Below are positions 27,438 to 40,823 of a DNA stretch of 64,000 nt, one piece after another. This DNA comes from Flaccisagitta enflata (taxonomy: Eukaryota). Location: NCBI GenBank assembly GCA_965153355.1, contig OZ231126.1:46314001-46378000 (forward strand), written 5' to 3'. Every line of letters begins with the position of its first letter. Within the stretch, counting starts at the first letter, position 1. A program made the translations under genes and the position numbers. The notes beneath the pieces were generated by a model that searched no databases, was not told where the DNA came from, and was given only the letters and a program-made list of their open reading frames with translations.

Positions 27438-28213
27438 CAGGGAATATCGCGCCAAATGATACAAAAGAAAACGACATAATTTTGCTTCTAGAGATAGTAG
27501 ATCAATTTTGTAAAAAGATCCAGAGAGCTCTTAAAAAACGATTTTTTACTGTACAGTTCAGAGTCTATGAGGAAGAACTACTTAGTGCTCACATCGTTTT
27601 GAAAAACTACAGCTTTTTTAAATGTTTTAAAGGAATATTGAGGATTTTTGATGGTTTTGAACATAAAATTAGTGGTTCCCATTAGGATATTGAGCAAAAA
27701 TTGTAGGTATTTACCAAACTTGATTCAAATTCAATTTAAATTTTAGATATGCTCACTTTGTTTTAAAAATTAAACATTTAGACTAATGAAGACAACTCAG
27801 AGGATCCATCTTCTTTGAGCAACATATTGGAAGTGGTGAAAAAAAACCAGTTTTCTTGATTTGAAATGTCCCCACTGTATCTGTTACAACAATTTCACAA
27901 ATTTTTTTGAATTATCTTTAATATGAGCCCAATCTCATGTATTTAGCTCAATTTGTTTGGAAATGATACTGAATTGAAGATGAAAGGTTCAGCTGCTTTG
28001 AATGAGAGAAATTTGACAAAATGATCTTTTTCAAAATGAAAGTTTTTAAAACACATTCTATGGAGGGCCAAAACCGTTAGGAGGTTATAATGTATCAGAA
28101 CAGGATAAAATCGTTTTTACAGTGCTTTCTAACATTTTTTTCAGATTTGAAATATCTTTTTCCAATGCAGAATTACATCGTTTCTTTTGTCTCTTTTGGC
28201 GGGGTATTCCCTG
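27438..28213. mobile_element. Tc1/mariner-type non-autonomous element (TA TSD)
   Basis: TA|CAGGGAATA..CGCCAAA..ACAAAAGAAA / TTTCTTTTGT..TTTGGCG..TATTCCCTG|TA. Confidence 0.78.
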
Positions 28214-28379
28214 TAGAAATTAAGACATTTTGTCAAAAAGAAGAAAAAAGAAAAACGAAAAACGAATATCGAGTATGGATAACATCAGAGTAAAGAACCA
28301 AGAAGAAATGAAAAACGAAAAATGAATATCGAATATGGAAAACTTCAGAACGTAAAGAACCAAGTAGAAATGAAAAACG

Positions 28380-28747
28380 AACAAGGCCAACACCTATAAG
28401 TCGCGTGCGAGATTTACAGGGTAAAAATGACTTAGAATGACTTAGAATGACTTAGAATGACTTAGAATGACTTAAAATGACTTAAAATGACCAAAAAGGA
28501 CTTAAAATGACTAAAAAACCTAATGACAAAAAATGACCTAAAATAACTTAAAATGACTCGGAATAACTTAAAATGACTTAGAATGACTCAAAATGACTTA
28601 GAATAACTGTTAATGACTAAAAAAGACCTAAAATTACCTAAGAGTTGCCGTTATATTACAAGAAAAGTAAAGTGTGACGGACTGACGGACCGACGGACCG
28701 ACGGACGGACAAAGCGGGGTGTAGAGTCGCGTGCACGCGACTAAAAA
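28380..28747 (+). mobile_element. Family A Helentron/DINE-like element
   Basis: 5' AACAAGGCC...AGTCGCGTGC, internal (AATGACTTAG)n, (GACG)n, and a perfect 18-bp palindrome AGTCGCGTGCACGCGACT at 28725-28742. Confidence 0.75.
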
Positions 28748-31700
28748 CGAATGTCGAATATTGAAAACTTTAAAGGGTAAATAACTAATTAGACATGATT
28801 GACGAATCTTGATTATCAAATGTTTCAGTCTTTCAGTTGGCAAATAGTCATGGAGAAATGAATCACGAATATTGAATGTCGAAAACAAGATCGTAAATTG
28901 CTATGAAGAAACGAATCACGAATCACAAATCACGAACATTGAAAAATACAGATTGCAAATTGTGAAGGGAAGAAAATAAAACAAGGGAACGAAAGAGCAA
29001 CAAAAAGTGAGTGACAAAATAACCCACATTTTTAACACAAATTAAGACAAGATTAAGACATTTTCGTAAATTAGGACATCATTTTCATGAGACAAATACA
29101 ATTGAGACAAAAAAATTAAGACATTTTCGTAGTCACTCTCAATTTCTTGCTATCAGGCTTCAAGTCAGCCCTCTCAAGCTTACAATGGGCATTCTCAGGC
29201 CTTTTATCAGCCTCCTCAGACCTCAATTTAGGTCATGGTGCAGATCAGCGTCAAATTTTACAAATCGTTCTGTTCTGTGATGGAATATGCTGCTATGCAG
29301 CGGAAATATAACAAAAACTTAAGTCTTATGCATGCTTTATACTCCCTAAATTAACAAAAAAACGGTTAACTGACCAATGGTATTGATCTCGCATCGGTAA
29401 AGTCGCAACATACTCGGTAAAACAACAGAATTCTTTAAAAAGAATTGCACGGAAAACATGAGATTTTGCCACGTAAAAAACCGAATCTGTCTCTTAATGC
29501 AAAATTTTGCATTTCTAAACACATGGCCTGTTTCTTAAAAGTGTTTAGACTGATGCCATGTTTTTCAAAATGCAAAATTTTGAATTCAGAGACAGATTTG
29601 GTTTTTTATGCGAGACATGTCAATGCACAAGAATCAATTTTTATCAAAAATCTATCAATTTCGCATCCTTTTTTCTCACATTTCCTAAGCATATGTTTCA
29701 GAAAAACATTTTTCCATGCAAAAAATTGATGATTACCAACCACAAATCCTTTATCTCAATAAAAAATCTTTGAATATATGAAATAAAAAATATCGTATAA
29801 ATCGTTTTGACTTGTCAAATTTTGTATACGTTTGCACTGTGACTTAGGCTCTTGAAGGCCCTCAGTCAGCCCTCTGTAGCATGTCATCCACTTCTTCAGG
29901 CAGGACGAACAAAAGTTCCCCTGTGTTCTACAGGACTTTGTCCCCTTTGGGGCCGCTGCCCTGCTTCCTCTCTCTCCAATTCATAATCACTCAAAGCAGG
30001 GCAACGGGTACGCGGCACGGACTTCATATTGCCAAGGGGCGACTGTTTCTCATTTTTCATGGCAAAAAGTGGCTCCGAATTCTGAGGTTATAATGATCTA
30101 AAAACAGATTTGGACGTGACCACCTCACTTTACTGGGTATGTGACCGACTAACTAAGGGCCATGGATTGCGCTAGATGGCTCCTTGGGTATTTTGGTGAA
30201 ATTTTTCATCTCTGCTATATGGCTCAAACTAAGTAGAATGGTCATGGTAGCATTTGATCATACATTACCGGTCCATATGACAGGTTTTATGGCAATTCAG
30301 AGTGAAAAAAGGCAACCTAAATGGCCATTACTACGAAAAATGCTAAATTTCAAGAAAAAACAATGAATTTTATGGATTATCTGTTAAGAATACAAAAAGC
30401 TCATGATATCTTTGATATTGGATTGGATTCCTTCATTAATGTTTAAATGTCTGGAAAAATTCAAAAAATCATTATTTTTTTACATTTTTAGCACTATTGA
30501 ATTGGTTTACTATCACTACATATTTGAAGGACGCACAATGAGCCACCTATGCCAAAATGAGGTGTATCAAAATGGCCTCTAGGCCTCAGATCGTCTGTGC
30601 CGCGGTTTTGGGCACGGGGTGGGTGTGGTGGAACACGAAAATACCCTTGGGGGGCTTCCCAAAGTGGTCCTGTGAGTAGTCCACCACTTAAAAGCTTGAA
30701 AAGATGGCCCCAAAATGAGCCAAAGCTGGTGGTGACCTGTCAACTTTAAATTTTTTTTTGCCAGCCTGTTTTTTATGAAAAAGCACATTTTTTGGATTCA
30801 TTGGAAAGCAAAAACCTATAAGAGGGTAGTGGAGTGAGTGGGTGAGGGGGGTGCCCCATGGGGTGGGGGCAAGGGGGTCAAATTGGCCAAAATTCAGGTC
30901 CTGATGGAGGTGGTCGTAAAAAATGACAAAAATTCAAAATATCAATTTTTTTGGTCAAATTATGTTGTAACTTGATGGTTTTAGCCAAAAAACCAAATCT
31001 AAATCAGAATTTTGGTTAAAAAATGCCAAATTACAGTTGTGGTGGTTGTTGGTGATTTTGGGGTTTTAACCATTCAACTTTGAAAGCTCATATCTTTTAC
31101 ACTGTTGGGAGAAAATATTTTTGGCCGGTCTCATTCAAAAAAGCATAAAAAGATCTTTCAGAATATCATAAATTTTGTCCAGTTTCATTCAAAAATGGCG
31201 CTACAGTGATCTCTCAAAGTACAGTGAAAATTGTGAATATCAGGTGTTTGAACAATCTCATTTCGTTGAGCTATTTCTTCCAAGGAAATGGAGATAAAAA
31301 TCGAAATGTCAAATTTTTTGATCAAATTATGTTGCAACTCTATGATAATAGCCAAAAAACCAAAAGTGAATTGGAATTTTGGTGGAAAAATGCCAAATTA
31401 CAGTTGTGGTGGTTGTTGGTGATTTTGGGGTTATAAGCATTCAACTTTGAAAGCTTATATCTTTTACACGGTTGGGAGAAAATGTTTTTGGCCGGTCTCA
31501 TACAAAAAAGCATAAAAAAATCTTTCAGCATCTCATAAATTTTGTCCAGTTTCCTTCAGAAATGGCGCTACAGTATTCTCTCAAAGTACAGTGAAAATTG
31601 TGTATTTCAGGTGTATGAACAATCTCATTTCGTTGAGCTATTTCTTCCAAGGAAATGGAGATAAAAATCGAAATATCAAATTTTTTGATCAAATTATGTT

Positions 31701-32269
31701 GCAACTCAATGATAATAGCCAAAAGACCCAAAGTGAATTGGAATTTTGGTGGAAAAATGCCAATTTACAGTTGTAGTGGTTGTTGGTGATTTTGGGATTT
31801 TAACCATTCAACTTTGAAAGCTCATATCTTTTACACTGTTGGGAGAAAATATTTTTGGCCGGTCTCATTCAAAAAAGCATAAAAAAATCTTTAAGAATCT
31901 CATAAATTTTGTCCAGTTTCATTCAGAAATGGCGCTACAGTGATCTCTCAAAGTACAGTGAAAATTGTCTTTTTGGATGTTTGACTTTGTCAGGCTTTGT
32001 CAAGCTATATGGACTAAGTTAATGGAGATTGAGGTACACGGTTGGTCTCATTTGAAAGATCTTTTTGAATTCTTTCAGAACCTCGTGAATTTGGTCTAGA
32101 CTTATTCAGAAATGGTGCTACAGTGATATCTCAAAGTACAGTGAACATCATTTTTCCATATGTTTGATCCATCCCTTTTTTTGAGGCGCATATCTTTTAA
32201 ACGATTCGGAGAAAATATTTTTGGCTAGTCTCATCGATAAGAGCATTAAAAAATCTGATCAGTATCTGG

Positions 32270-33312
32270 GTCCGCGTCGGAGGGGGGGTTAAAGATCACT
32301 TATTCCATAAGATCGCTATGACCAAAAGATCGCTAACCCTGTAAGTTCGCCAAAACTATAAGTCTTTACATTTAGAGCCGCCATACAAAGCCTTCATGCA
32401 ACCTGTTTAAATGGCAAAGTTTCAATGTTTTTCACTTTTTCATTTTTCACGTTTTTCATGTTTTCACGTTTTCACTTTTCACGTTGTAGGGTGTTGGTGG
32501 TAGAATGGCTTTAGATAAATATGCACATGTTGAGTCTCTTCCACTAGAGACCTATACCCAAGTTTCAACTAAATTGGTTGAAAAATGTCCACCTTATGCC
32601 AGTTTTTCACTTTTTGACCGTGAAGCTGGGTTGGGTGGCAGGTTGGTTTGGCCAGTTAGCATGCTTCAAACATAAATAAATCACACATATGTGTTGAGTC
32701 CCTTCACTTAGAGACTCATATCACCTCAACTAAATTGGCCACAAAACGCCAAAGATATGCATATTTTTATACTGCATGGTAGGCTAAGGTGGTAGACTGT
32801 TTGACAGATAGCAGAGGTATATGTTGAGTTCTTCATTTAGAGACTGCACTAAGTTTCAACCAAATTAGTTGAAAAATGACAGTTATGCAAGTTTTTCACT
32901 CTTTGGCCAGTAGGCTGGTTGGGTGGCAGGTCGGTTTTGCCAGTTAGCATGCTCAAATGCATATAATCACATATATGTGAGTCCCCACCAGAGACTCCAT
33001 ACCACCTCAACCAAATTGCTGAAAATGCCAAAGTTATGCATAAATGCTACCAGCTGGCAGTAGGTTGGCTGGAAGCCATTTGGTTAATGGATCACAAAAC
33101 GGATAGACAAATTATAAAGCGCCCACCTCAGTAATAACTTCCCACCAAATATGAACCAAATCGGTCAAAGCATAAAAAAGTTATCCATTTTTTAAAATCC
33201 GTAACAAAGACAACAACGACAACGACAACAACGACAACGACAACATCGACAACAACACCCACCCGCCTTGAATTATAGTCCGCGTCCGAATGATATTCCG
33301 TCGCGGACAAAA
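32270..33312 (+). mobile_element. Helentron-like element (family D) nested in the foldback centre
   Basis: 5' GTCCGCGTCGGA; 3' ATAGTCCGCG...CGCGGACAAAA hairpin preceded by (ACAACG)n; internal degenerate tandem repeats. Confidence 0.5.
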
Positions 33313-33469
33313 GTCTTTCAGAAGCTTATGAATTTGGTCCATTTCCATTCAATATTGGCAATACAGTGATATCTCAAAGGTACAGTAAAAGTGAATGTTT
33401 TCGGTATTAGACTCATCCCCTTTTGTCCAGCTATATCTTTTGAGACAGAAAAAATCTGTCGGTGTCATT

Positions 33470-33870
33470 TGACAGAGCGACCCATCCTGTTTTTAGAACG
33501 TTTTTGTCCAAATTACGCTAAATGGTTACCCACAAATGCTCCGTGGGATCACTTTCCGGAATTTCAACAGGACAAAGAGCTTGTCGATGCCATTCAAACC
33601 GTCAACAATCCTGCGGAGAATATGTGTTCATTTTCAAAATGTTTTAAGGTGCTATGATTTTAAATCCCAACTAACTCTTTAGGCAGAGATTTTGAAAATT
33701 TTCCCATGTGAACAAATTGATTGATAATTTCAGGATTCCGGCCCTCAACAACCCGAAGCACGGGCAAAGTTTTTTTGCAAACATCTTCGATGCAAAGACC
33801 AGATGTAAAATGCAAGCCAAGAGGCCAAAAGTGGAGCAGCTGAAAGACAATATGGATGAGGATCGTATTT
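33470..33870 (+). pseudogene. Degenerate coding remnant, possibly a transposase C-terminus, in the centre of the foldback element
   Basis: LFLERFCPNYAKWL...WDHFPEFQQDKELVDAIQTVNNPAEN, then an apparent intron (aag|gt...tttcag) and a frameshifted continuation. It resembles, from memory only, the VVNDxAER motif of some invertebrate DNA-transposon proteins. Confidence 0.4.
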
Positions 33871-36800
33871 CATTTTGTATTCTAAGTATTGATCGTTTTA
33901 AGCTGGTTAAGCGCACCTTTCAATTTCTGTTAAAACCTGAATTTTCTTGATATTTGCAAGTGTATATGACATCTAGTGTATTTCTTTAAAAGTACAAAAA
34001 TGGTGACTCAATCTTGTCTTTGATTACTTATGGATCAGTTATAACAGTATTCGTGATTTCTGAGCATAACAGCCCCTGCCCACCCAAAAATTTAGCCCCT
34101 GCCCAAAGACTGACTACCCCTGCCCCTGAGTGTACTGCCCCTACCCACCCACCAGCGACTGCTTATTGGCCGCGTATTCGGCCTTGTTTGAATGAGACTG
34201 ATCAAAAATATTTTCTCCCAACTGTGTAAAAGAGATGAGGTTTCAAAGTTGAATGGTTAAAACCCCAAATCACCAACAACCACCTCAACTGTAATTTGGC
34301 ATTTTTCAACCAAAACTCCAATTCGCTTCTGTTTTTTTTTTTTGGCTATTATCATTAAGTTGCAACTCATTTGACAAAAAAATTTGATATTTCGATTTTT
34401 ATCTCCATTTCCTTAAAAAGAAATAGCTCAACGAAATGAGATTGTTCAAACACCTGAAAAACACAATTTTCACTATACTCTGAGAGATTACTGTAGCGCC
34501 ATTTCTGAAGGTAACTGGAAAAAAATTTATGGGATTCCTAAATATTTTTTTATGCTTTTTTGGATGAGACCGGCCAAGAATATTTTCTCCAAACTGTGTA
34601 AAAGATATAAGCTTTCAAATTTGAATGGCTAAAACCCTAAAATCACCAACAACCACCACAACTGTACTTTGGCATTTTTCCACCAAAATTCCAATTCACT
34701 TTTGGTTTTTTGGCTGTTTTCATTGAGTTGCAACATGATTAGATCAAAAAATTTGATACTTCGATTTTTATCTCCATTTTCTTGGAAGAAATAGCTCAAC
34801 GAAATGAGATTATTCAAACACCTGAAATTCACAATTTTCACTGTACTTTTAGAGATCACTGTAGCGCCATTTCTGAAGGAAACTGGACAAAATTTATGAG
34901 ATTCTGAAAGATTTTTTTATGCTTTTTTGAATGAGATTGGCCAAAAATATTTTCTCCCAACCGTGTAAAAGATATAAGCTTTCAAAGTTGAATGGTTATA
35001 ACCCCAAAATCACCAACAACCACCACAACTGTAATTTGGCATTTTTCCACCAAAATTCCAATTCACTTTTGGTTTTTTGGCTGTTATCATTGAGTTGCAA
35101 CATAATTTGATCAAAAAATTTGACATTTCAATTTTTATCTCCATTTCCTTGGAAGAAATAGCTCAACGAAATGAGATTGTTCAAACACCTGAATACACAA
35201 TTTTCACTGTACTTTGAGAGATCACTGTAGCGCCATTTTTGAATGAAACTGGACAAAATTTATGATATTCTGAAAGATCTTTTTATGCTTTTTTGAATGA
35301 GACCGGCCAAAAATATTTTCTCCCAACAGTGTAAAAGATATGAGCTTTCAAAGTTGAATGGTTAAAACCCCAAAATCACCAACAACCACCACAACTGTAA
35401 TTTGGCATTTTTCAACCAAAATTCCGATTTAGATTTGGTTTTTTGGCTAAAACCATCAAGTTACAACATATTTTGACCAAAAAAATTGATATTTTCAATT
35501 TTTGTCATTTTTTACGACCACCTATCAGACCTAGAATCACACTTGACCCTTGCCCCCCACCCCATGGGGCACCCCCCTCACCCACTCACCCCACTACCCT
35601 CTTATATGTTTTTGCTTTCCAATGAATCCAAAAAATGTGCTTATTCATCAAAAACAGGCTGGTAAAAAAAAATTTAAAGTTGACAGGTCACCACCAGCTT
35701 TGGCTCATTTTGGGGCCATTTTTTCAAGCTTTTAAAAATCATTATTTTTTACATTTTTAGCACTATCAAATTAGTCTATTATTACTACATATTTGACCTA
35801 ATTTGCATGCTTTTATTACCCTATAAATATAAAAAATCGCACAAGGACGCACAATGAGCCACCTATGCCAAAATGTAGTTCAAGGGGTCTTGAATCCAGA
35901 ATGCTATAGCTCAAGCGGGCCTTCAACGTCCAAATTGCGATTTTCTTGGCCTAAAATGGACAGGTAATAATGTGGATAAAAGTAAAAATCTATATTCGAT
36001 TGGAAGAAAAATGGGCAAAATGAGCTAAATGTGCGAAAAAATGATTTCTTTTAAGCACCTTATTAAGGAATCTTATTGAACAAAGACAAAAATCTAATTG
36101 ATTTGGTCAAAACATTAGACTATTTGAATACTAAATATAAGAGAGTTTAGTAGTATTTTTCACTTTATTTTCTCAAATATCTCTTCTTTTGTACTCTAAG
36201 CTCATAAAGCTCTTAATCCAATAGAAATGAGTCAATATTGGATATAAATAGTTTCATTACATCTTAAAATATGCAGAAAAATGTTTTTCACTCTGTATAT
36301 TTCATAGGGAACAATGTAACAGAAAAGATGTAATGTTAATCCCCAATGAGCCACCTAGCGCACAATGCAGCCCACAGTGCACTGCTGCCGCCCAAATGCA
36401 TCACTGATATCCTCCATCACTGCCCCTACCCACCCGCAAGCGACTGGGGTAGCCATGTAACCGGCCATGTTAACGGGCCACTCAGTCGCTCTCTACATTT
36501 GTTCCCTCACTCGCTCCGCAGCGCTCCACTCTGAACGCTCTCTTCCCTTGCTCACTCCATTCACAAGCTATCTCACTCACTTTGCTCACTTCCTTGTGGG
36601 GACAGTTGAAATTCATAAATAAGTGTTTACGCTGAAAACGAGTTTCACGGAATCACTTGACATTTTTGTTGACAATAGAAACACACCCAGTATATGATCT
36701 CATTCGGGCCAAAAACAGCCGAGAAATGCAGACGCATAGATGGATGGACAGATGGACGGACAAATGGATGGACCAACTGACCAATGGATTGACAAGAAGT

Positions 36801-37690
36801 AACCTTTAGAGTCACATGTCCGTAGTTTGAATATAAGGGGCCTTAAAATTTGTAATATAATCGAAGGAGGGATTTTTTTCTTTTTTATGATTTTTGAATC
36901 ATAGTTAATTCATACTAAATAAGGCGCATCAAGATAATTTCTTGATGGTGTTAGCACTATGCCCTTGCGTTTACGATGGTGTAATACTTTTTAGGAATTC
37001 CAATGCAGATCCGACCATGCAAGCTTAACATCAAGAAATTGATTATTTTATTATTAATCATTAATTTCTAAGATTCGACTTAATATATACACATAATCAT
37101 TTTCATCACGTCATGAGCTTTCGAACGATATGCTGCTTTATATACATTGTTGAAAAAGAAAACATTTTATGAACTATTTAGTTTTTTTGCTCGACTTACT
37201 CAATCAGCTACAGCGCGTAAACCTTTTTGCGCACAAGAAAATCAACCACCGCAAAGCAGCCATTTTTCCTGACACAAACTTAACAAATGCACGCATGGTA
37301 GAAGGTGAGCGCATAGACCGATTTTGATGAAATTTGAGATATGGGCCCTTCTTCGTCTCCTCTTTCATATATGTTTGAACCTCGCAGACACACGCATAAT
37401 GAGATCCGTTTCCACTTCGTCAAAGTTGAGGCTCAATTTGAAAGTTTCTTGGGATCACGTTAACCATTTTTCTCCCGGTTTTTTATGATTTCTTGATGCT
37501 ATATGATGTAATCTGACATGCTTTTGCATATTTCGCATTGATAATAGCTTATTGCTTGACAATCAACATTTTTTATCGCATATTCAAGCTATATTTGGCG
37601 CAGAAAGTTCGCGTTTTTCAACGATTATTTTACACGACCTGGCTGAGCGTCGTGACCGGTCGCTACATGAAGTTGCTTGACGACGAAGAC

Positions 37691-40088
37691 TTACCCTAAT
37701 GACTCCCAGGCCTCCTCTGGTTGAGGTTTTTTTGCCGGTTCTTGGTTGGAAAGCGAAGATGACGGTCGGGAATCGCTATCTTTTACGGCCGGCCCACTCG
37801 AGTTGAAAGCAACATCACTGCAAAATATGGAAAATCGAAGATGACTGGTACTACTACTAGAGGTTGAATGAAGATAATCACTCCTTACGAGTGTCTGTTC
37901 AATTGTATGCCGTATAACTAGATCACCGATGGCAGTGCCGTACCTTGGTTCGGCCAACTGTGCAACGTGCTGTTTGTAGTAAGCGTCGGCAGAAGGGGCA
38001 GTTACCCAACCTTGCTGACGAATTTCTAGTAGACGCAGGACTAAGAGACGAATGGCTCGAACCCGGTTCGCCGGAATGTGAGGGGAATGGATGAACCTCC
38101 GCAACGCTCCGAATAACTCGTTCACAATATCTGGGGGGAGGAGGAAAGAGAGAGAGAGAGAGAACAAGGCCAACACCTATAAGTCGCGTGCGAGACTTAA
38201 ATATATAATCGCCTAATTATAGAGATCGTTATTTCCTGTAATGACGATAATGACAATAATTACCTATTGACCTATAATTGCCGATAATGACCTATAATTA
38301 CCTATAATCACCCATAATGAAATAATGACCAATAAGTACCTATGAAGACCTATCATTACCTACAATTACATATGGACCAATGATTACCTATAATGACGTA
38401 TGATTATCCATAATTACTCATAATTACCTATAATAACATAATGACCTATAATTACCTATAATGACCTATGATTACCTATAATTACCTTTAATTACCCATA
38501 ATTAAATAATGAACTATAAGTACCTATAAAGATCTATGATTACCTATTATTAAACATGGACCAATAATTTCCTATACTGACCTATGATTACCCATAATTA
38601 CCCATAATTACCTATTATAACTTAATGACCTATAATTACCTATAATGACCTATGATTGCCTATAATTACCTATAATTGCATAATGACCTATAATTACCTA
38701 TGATTAGCTATAATTACCTATAACTGAATAATGACCTACAATTACCTAAAATTGTCTATTGACATATAATTACCTATAATGACCTATAATTACCCATTAT
38801 TACTAATGATTACATAATGACCTATAATTGCCTTTAATGACCTTCGATTACCTATAATTACCCATAATTGCATAAAGACCTTTAATTACCAATAATAACC
38901 TATAATGACCTATAATGACCTATAATGACCTATAATTACCTATAATTACAAAATGACCTATAATTGCCTATAATTATCTATAATTATCTATAATTACATA
39001 ATGACCCATAATTGCCAATAATGACCTATAATTGCCAATAATGACATGTAATTGCAATAATGACATGTAATTGCAATAATGACATGTAATTGCAATAATG
39101 ACATGTAATTGCATAATGACCTATAATTACTTATTATGAACCATAATTACCTATAATTACAAAATGACCTATAATTACCTATAATTATATATAATGGCCT
39201 ATAATTTCCTATAATTACCTATAATTACCTATGATTACATACTGACCAATAATGACCTATAATTGCATAATAACCTATAATTACCTATAATGACCTTTAT
39301 TTACCTATAATGACCTATAATTGAATAATAACCTATAATTGCATAATAACCTATCATTGCATAATAACCAATAATTACCTATAATTACCTTTAATCACCT
39401 ATAAAGACCTATTATTACCCATAATTACCTATAATTACCCATAATTACCTATAATTACCTATCATGACCTATAATGACCTATAATTGCATAATAACCTAT
39501 AATTACCTATTATGACCTACAATTACCTGTTATTGTATAATGACCTATAATGACCTATAATTACCTATGATTACCCAAAATTGCATTATGACCTGTAATT
39601 ACCTATGATTATGTAAATAAAAATTGACTTATACTGCCTTAAATTGACTTATACTGAGTTAAACTGACTTAAATTGACTTGAATTAACTTAAAATGACTT
39701 AAAATGACCTATATTGACTTAAATTGACTAAAATTCAATAATGACTCAAATGACTTGATTTGACTTAAATTTGACATAAAATGACTTAAATTGACTTATA
39801 CTGCCTTAAATTGACTTATACTGAGTTAAACTGACTTAAATTGACTTGAATTTACTTAAAATGACTCAAAATGACCTAGATTGACTTAAATTGACTAAAA
39901 TTCAATTTTGATTAAAATGACTTAATTTGACTTAAAATGACTCAAAATGACTTAAAATGATCTAATTTGACTCAAAATCAATTGACTTTAAATGACTTGA
40001 TAGGAATAAAACAAATAAAAAAAGTAAAATGGGGACCGACCGACCAACCGACGGACGGACAAAGCGGGGTATAGAGTCGCGTGCACGC

Positions 40089-40140
<52 letters not shown>

Positions 40141-40151
40141 CGAGTGAGCGA

Positions 40152-40207
<56 letters not shown>

Positions 40208-40823
40208 GAGAGCGAGTGAGCGAGTGAGCAAAAGAAAAAGAAAGAACGGAAAGAAGGAAGGACAGAAGCATGGGAGAGCTGAAAAGATGTCAAAGAGCGA
40301 GAGGTAGAGACGACACGACAACACATGAAAACAAGGAAATCCTCCACGAACCTGTATGAGCTTGAGAGGGAATGGGGATTGTGAAAGATCGGTGTAATCA
40401 TGACCAGGAAGAAGATGATCTTACCGGAATGAGAAGCTTCCAAAGCGGCGCCATATGAAAGGAGGAAGGTTGAGAGTTGGAGAAGTTGTTCGATTGTTGC
40501 ACAGCCGGATTTTAATGCTTGTATCACAGATACTGGTAAAGATACGTCAGGACCTGAAAGGGAAAGTGTGAGAGGGAAAGAAGAGTTCAGGATTGACGGA
40601 AATGCGTCTGTAAGTTGATAACCGACAGAAAGCATACGTCCATTGATTATCCACAAAAATTTTATGACTTACCTAAACTGGCGGGAAAGGCCACTTGGGA
40701 AGGTGCCGAGACTGGAGGCGTGGGATTTTGCTTTCTCGCCGTCACCGAGGCAGCGCCAACTCTTCCTACTTTACTGTCCAACTTAACACGTGCCCCTCGG
40801 CCTCGGCCCAACGAAGTGGACAT
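37691..40823 (-). CDS. Small protein with N-terminal GRGRG and a partial MIF4G-like domain (PAIP1/CTIF/MIF4GD-like); 3' end uncertain
   Basis: Exons 40823-40673 (MSTSLGRGRGARV...), 40553-40425 (GPDVSLPVSVIQALK...LSYGAALEASHS) and 38130-37691 (DIVNELFGALRRFI...IRLLVLRLLEIRQQGW...ADAYY) join in phase at GT-AG sites. RxLxLxLxExRxxGW..YY resembles the last MIF4G helix. A probable in-frame intron spans 37943-37818. The gene ends either at TAA 37691 or splices on from GG|gtaagt at 37695. Confidence 0.72.
38164..40090 (+). mobile_element. Non-autonomous Helentron/DINE-like element (family A) containing a ~1.75 kb 10-bp satellite
   Basis: 5' AACAAGGCCAACACCTATAAGTCGCGTGCGA, then (ATAATTACCT/ATAATGACCT)n and (AATTGACTTA)n arrays, GACG/GACC microsatellite, and 3' AGTCGCGTGCACGCGA. 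The ends match the 28380 copy. Confidence 0.75.

Larger units (their letters stand above)
30688..35735. mobile_element. Large foldback-type element with ~1.3-1.5 kb inverted arms built of ~367-bp subrepeats
   Basis: 30688-~31975 is the reverse complement of ~34190-35735 (TTAAAAGCTTGAAAA... / ...TTTTCAAGCTTTTAA). The ~367-bp unit recurs at 31051, 31418 and 31784 and inverted in the right arm. Confidence 0.85.
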
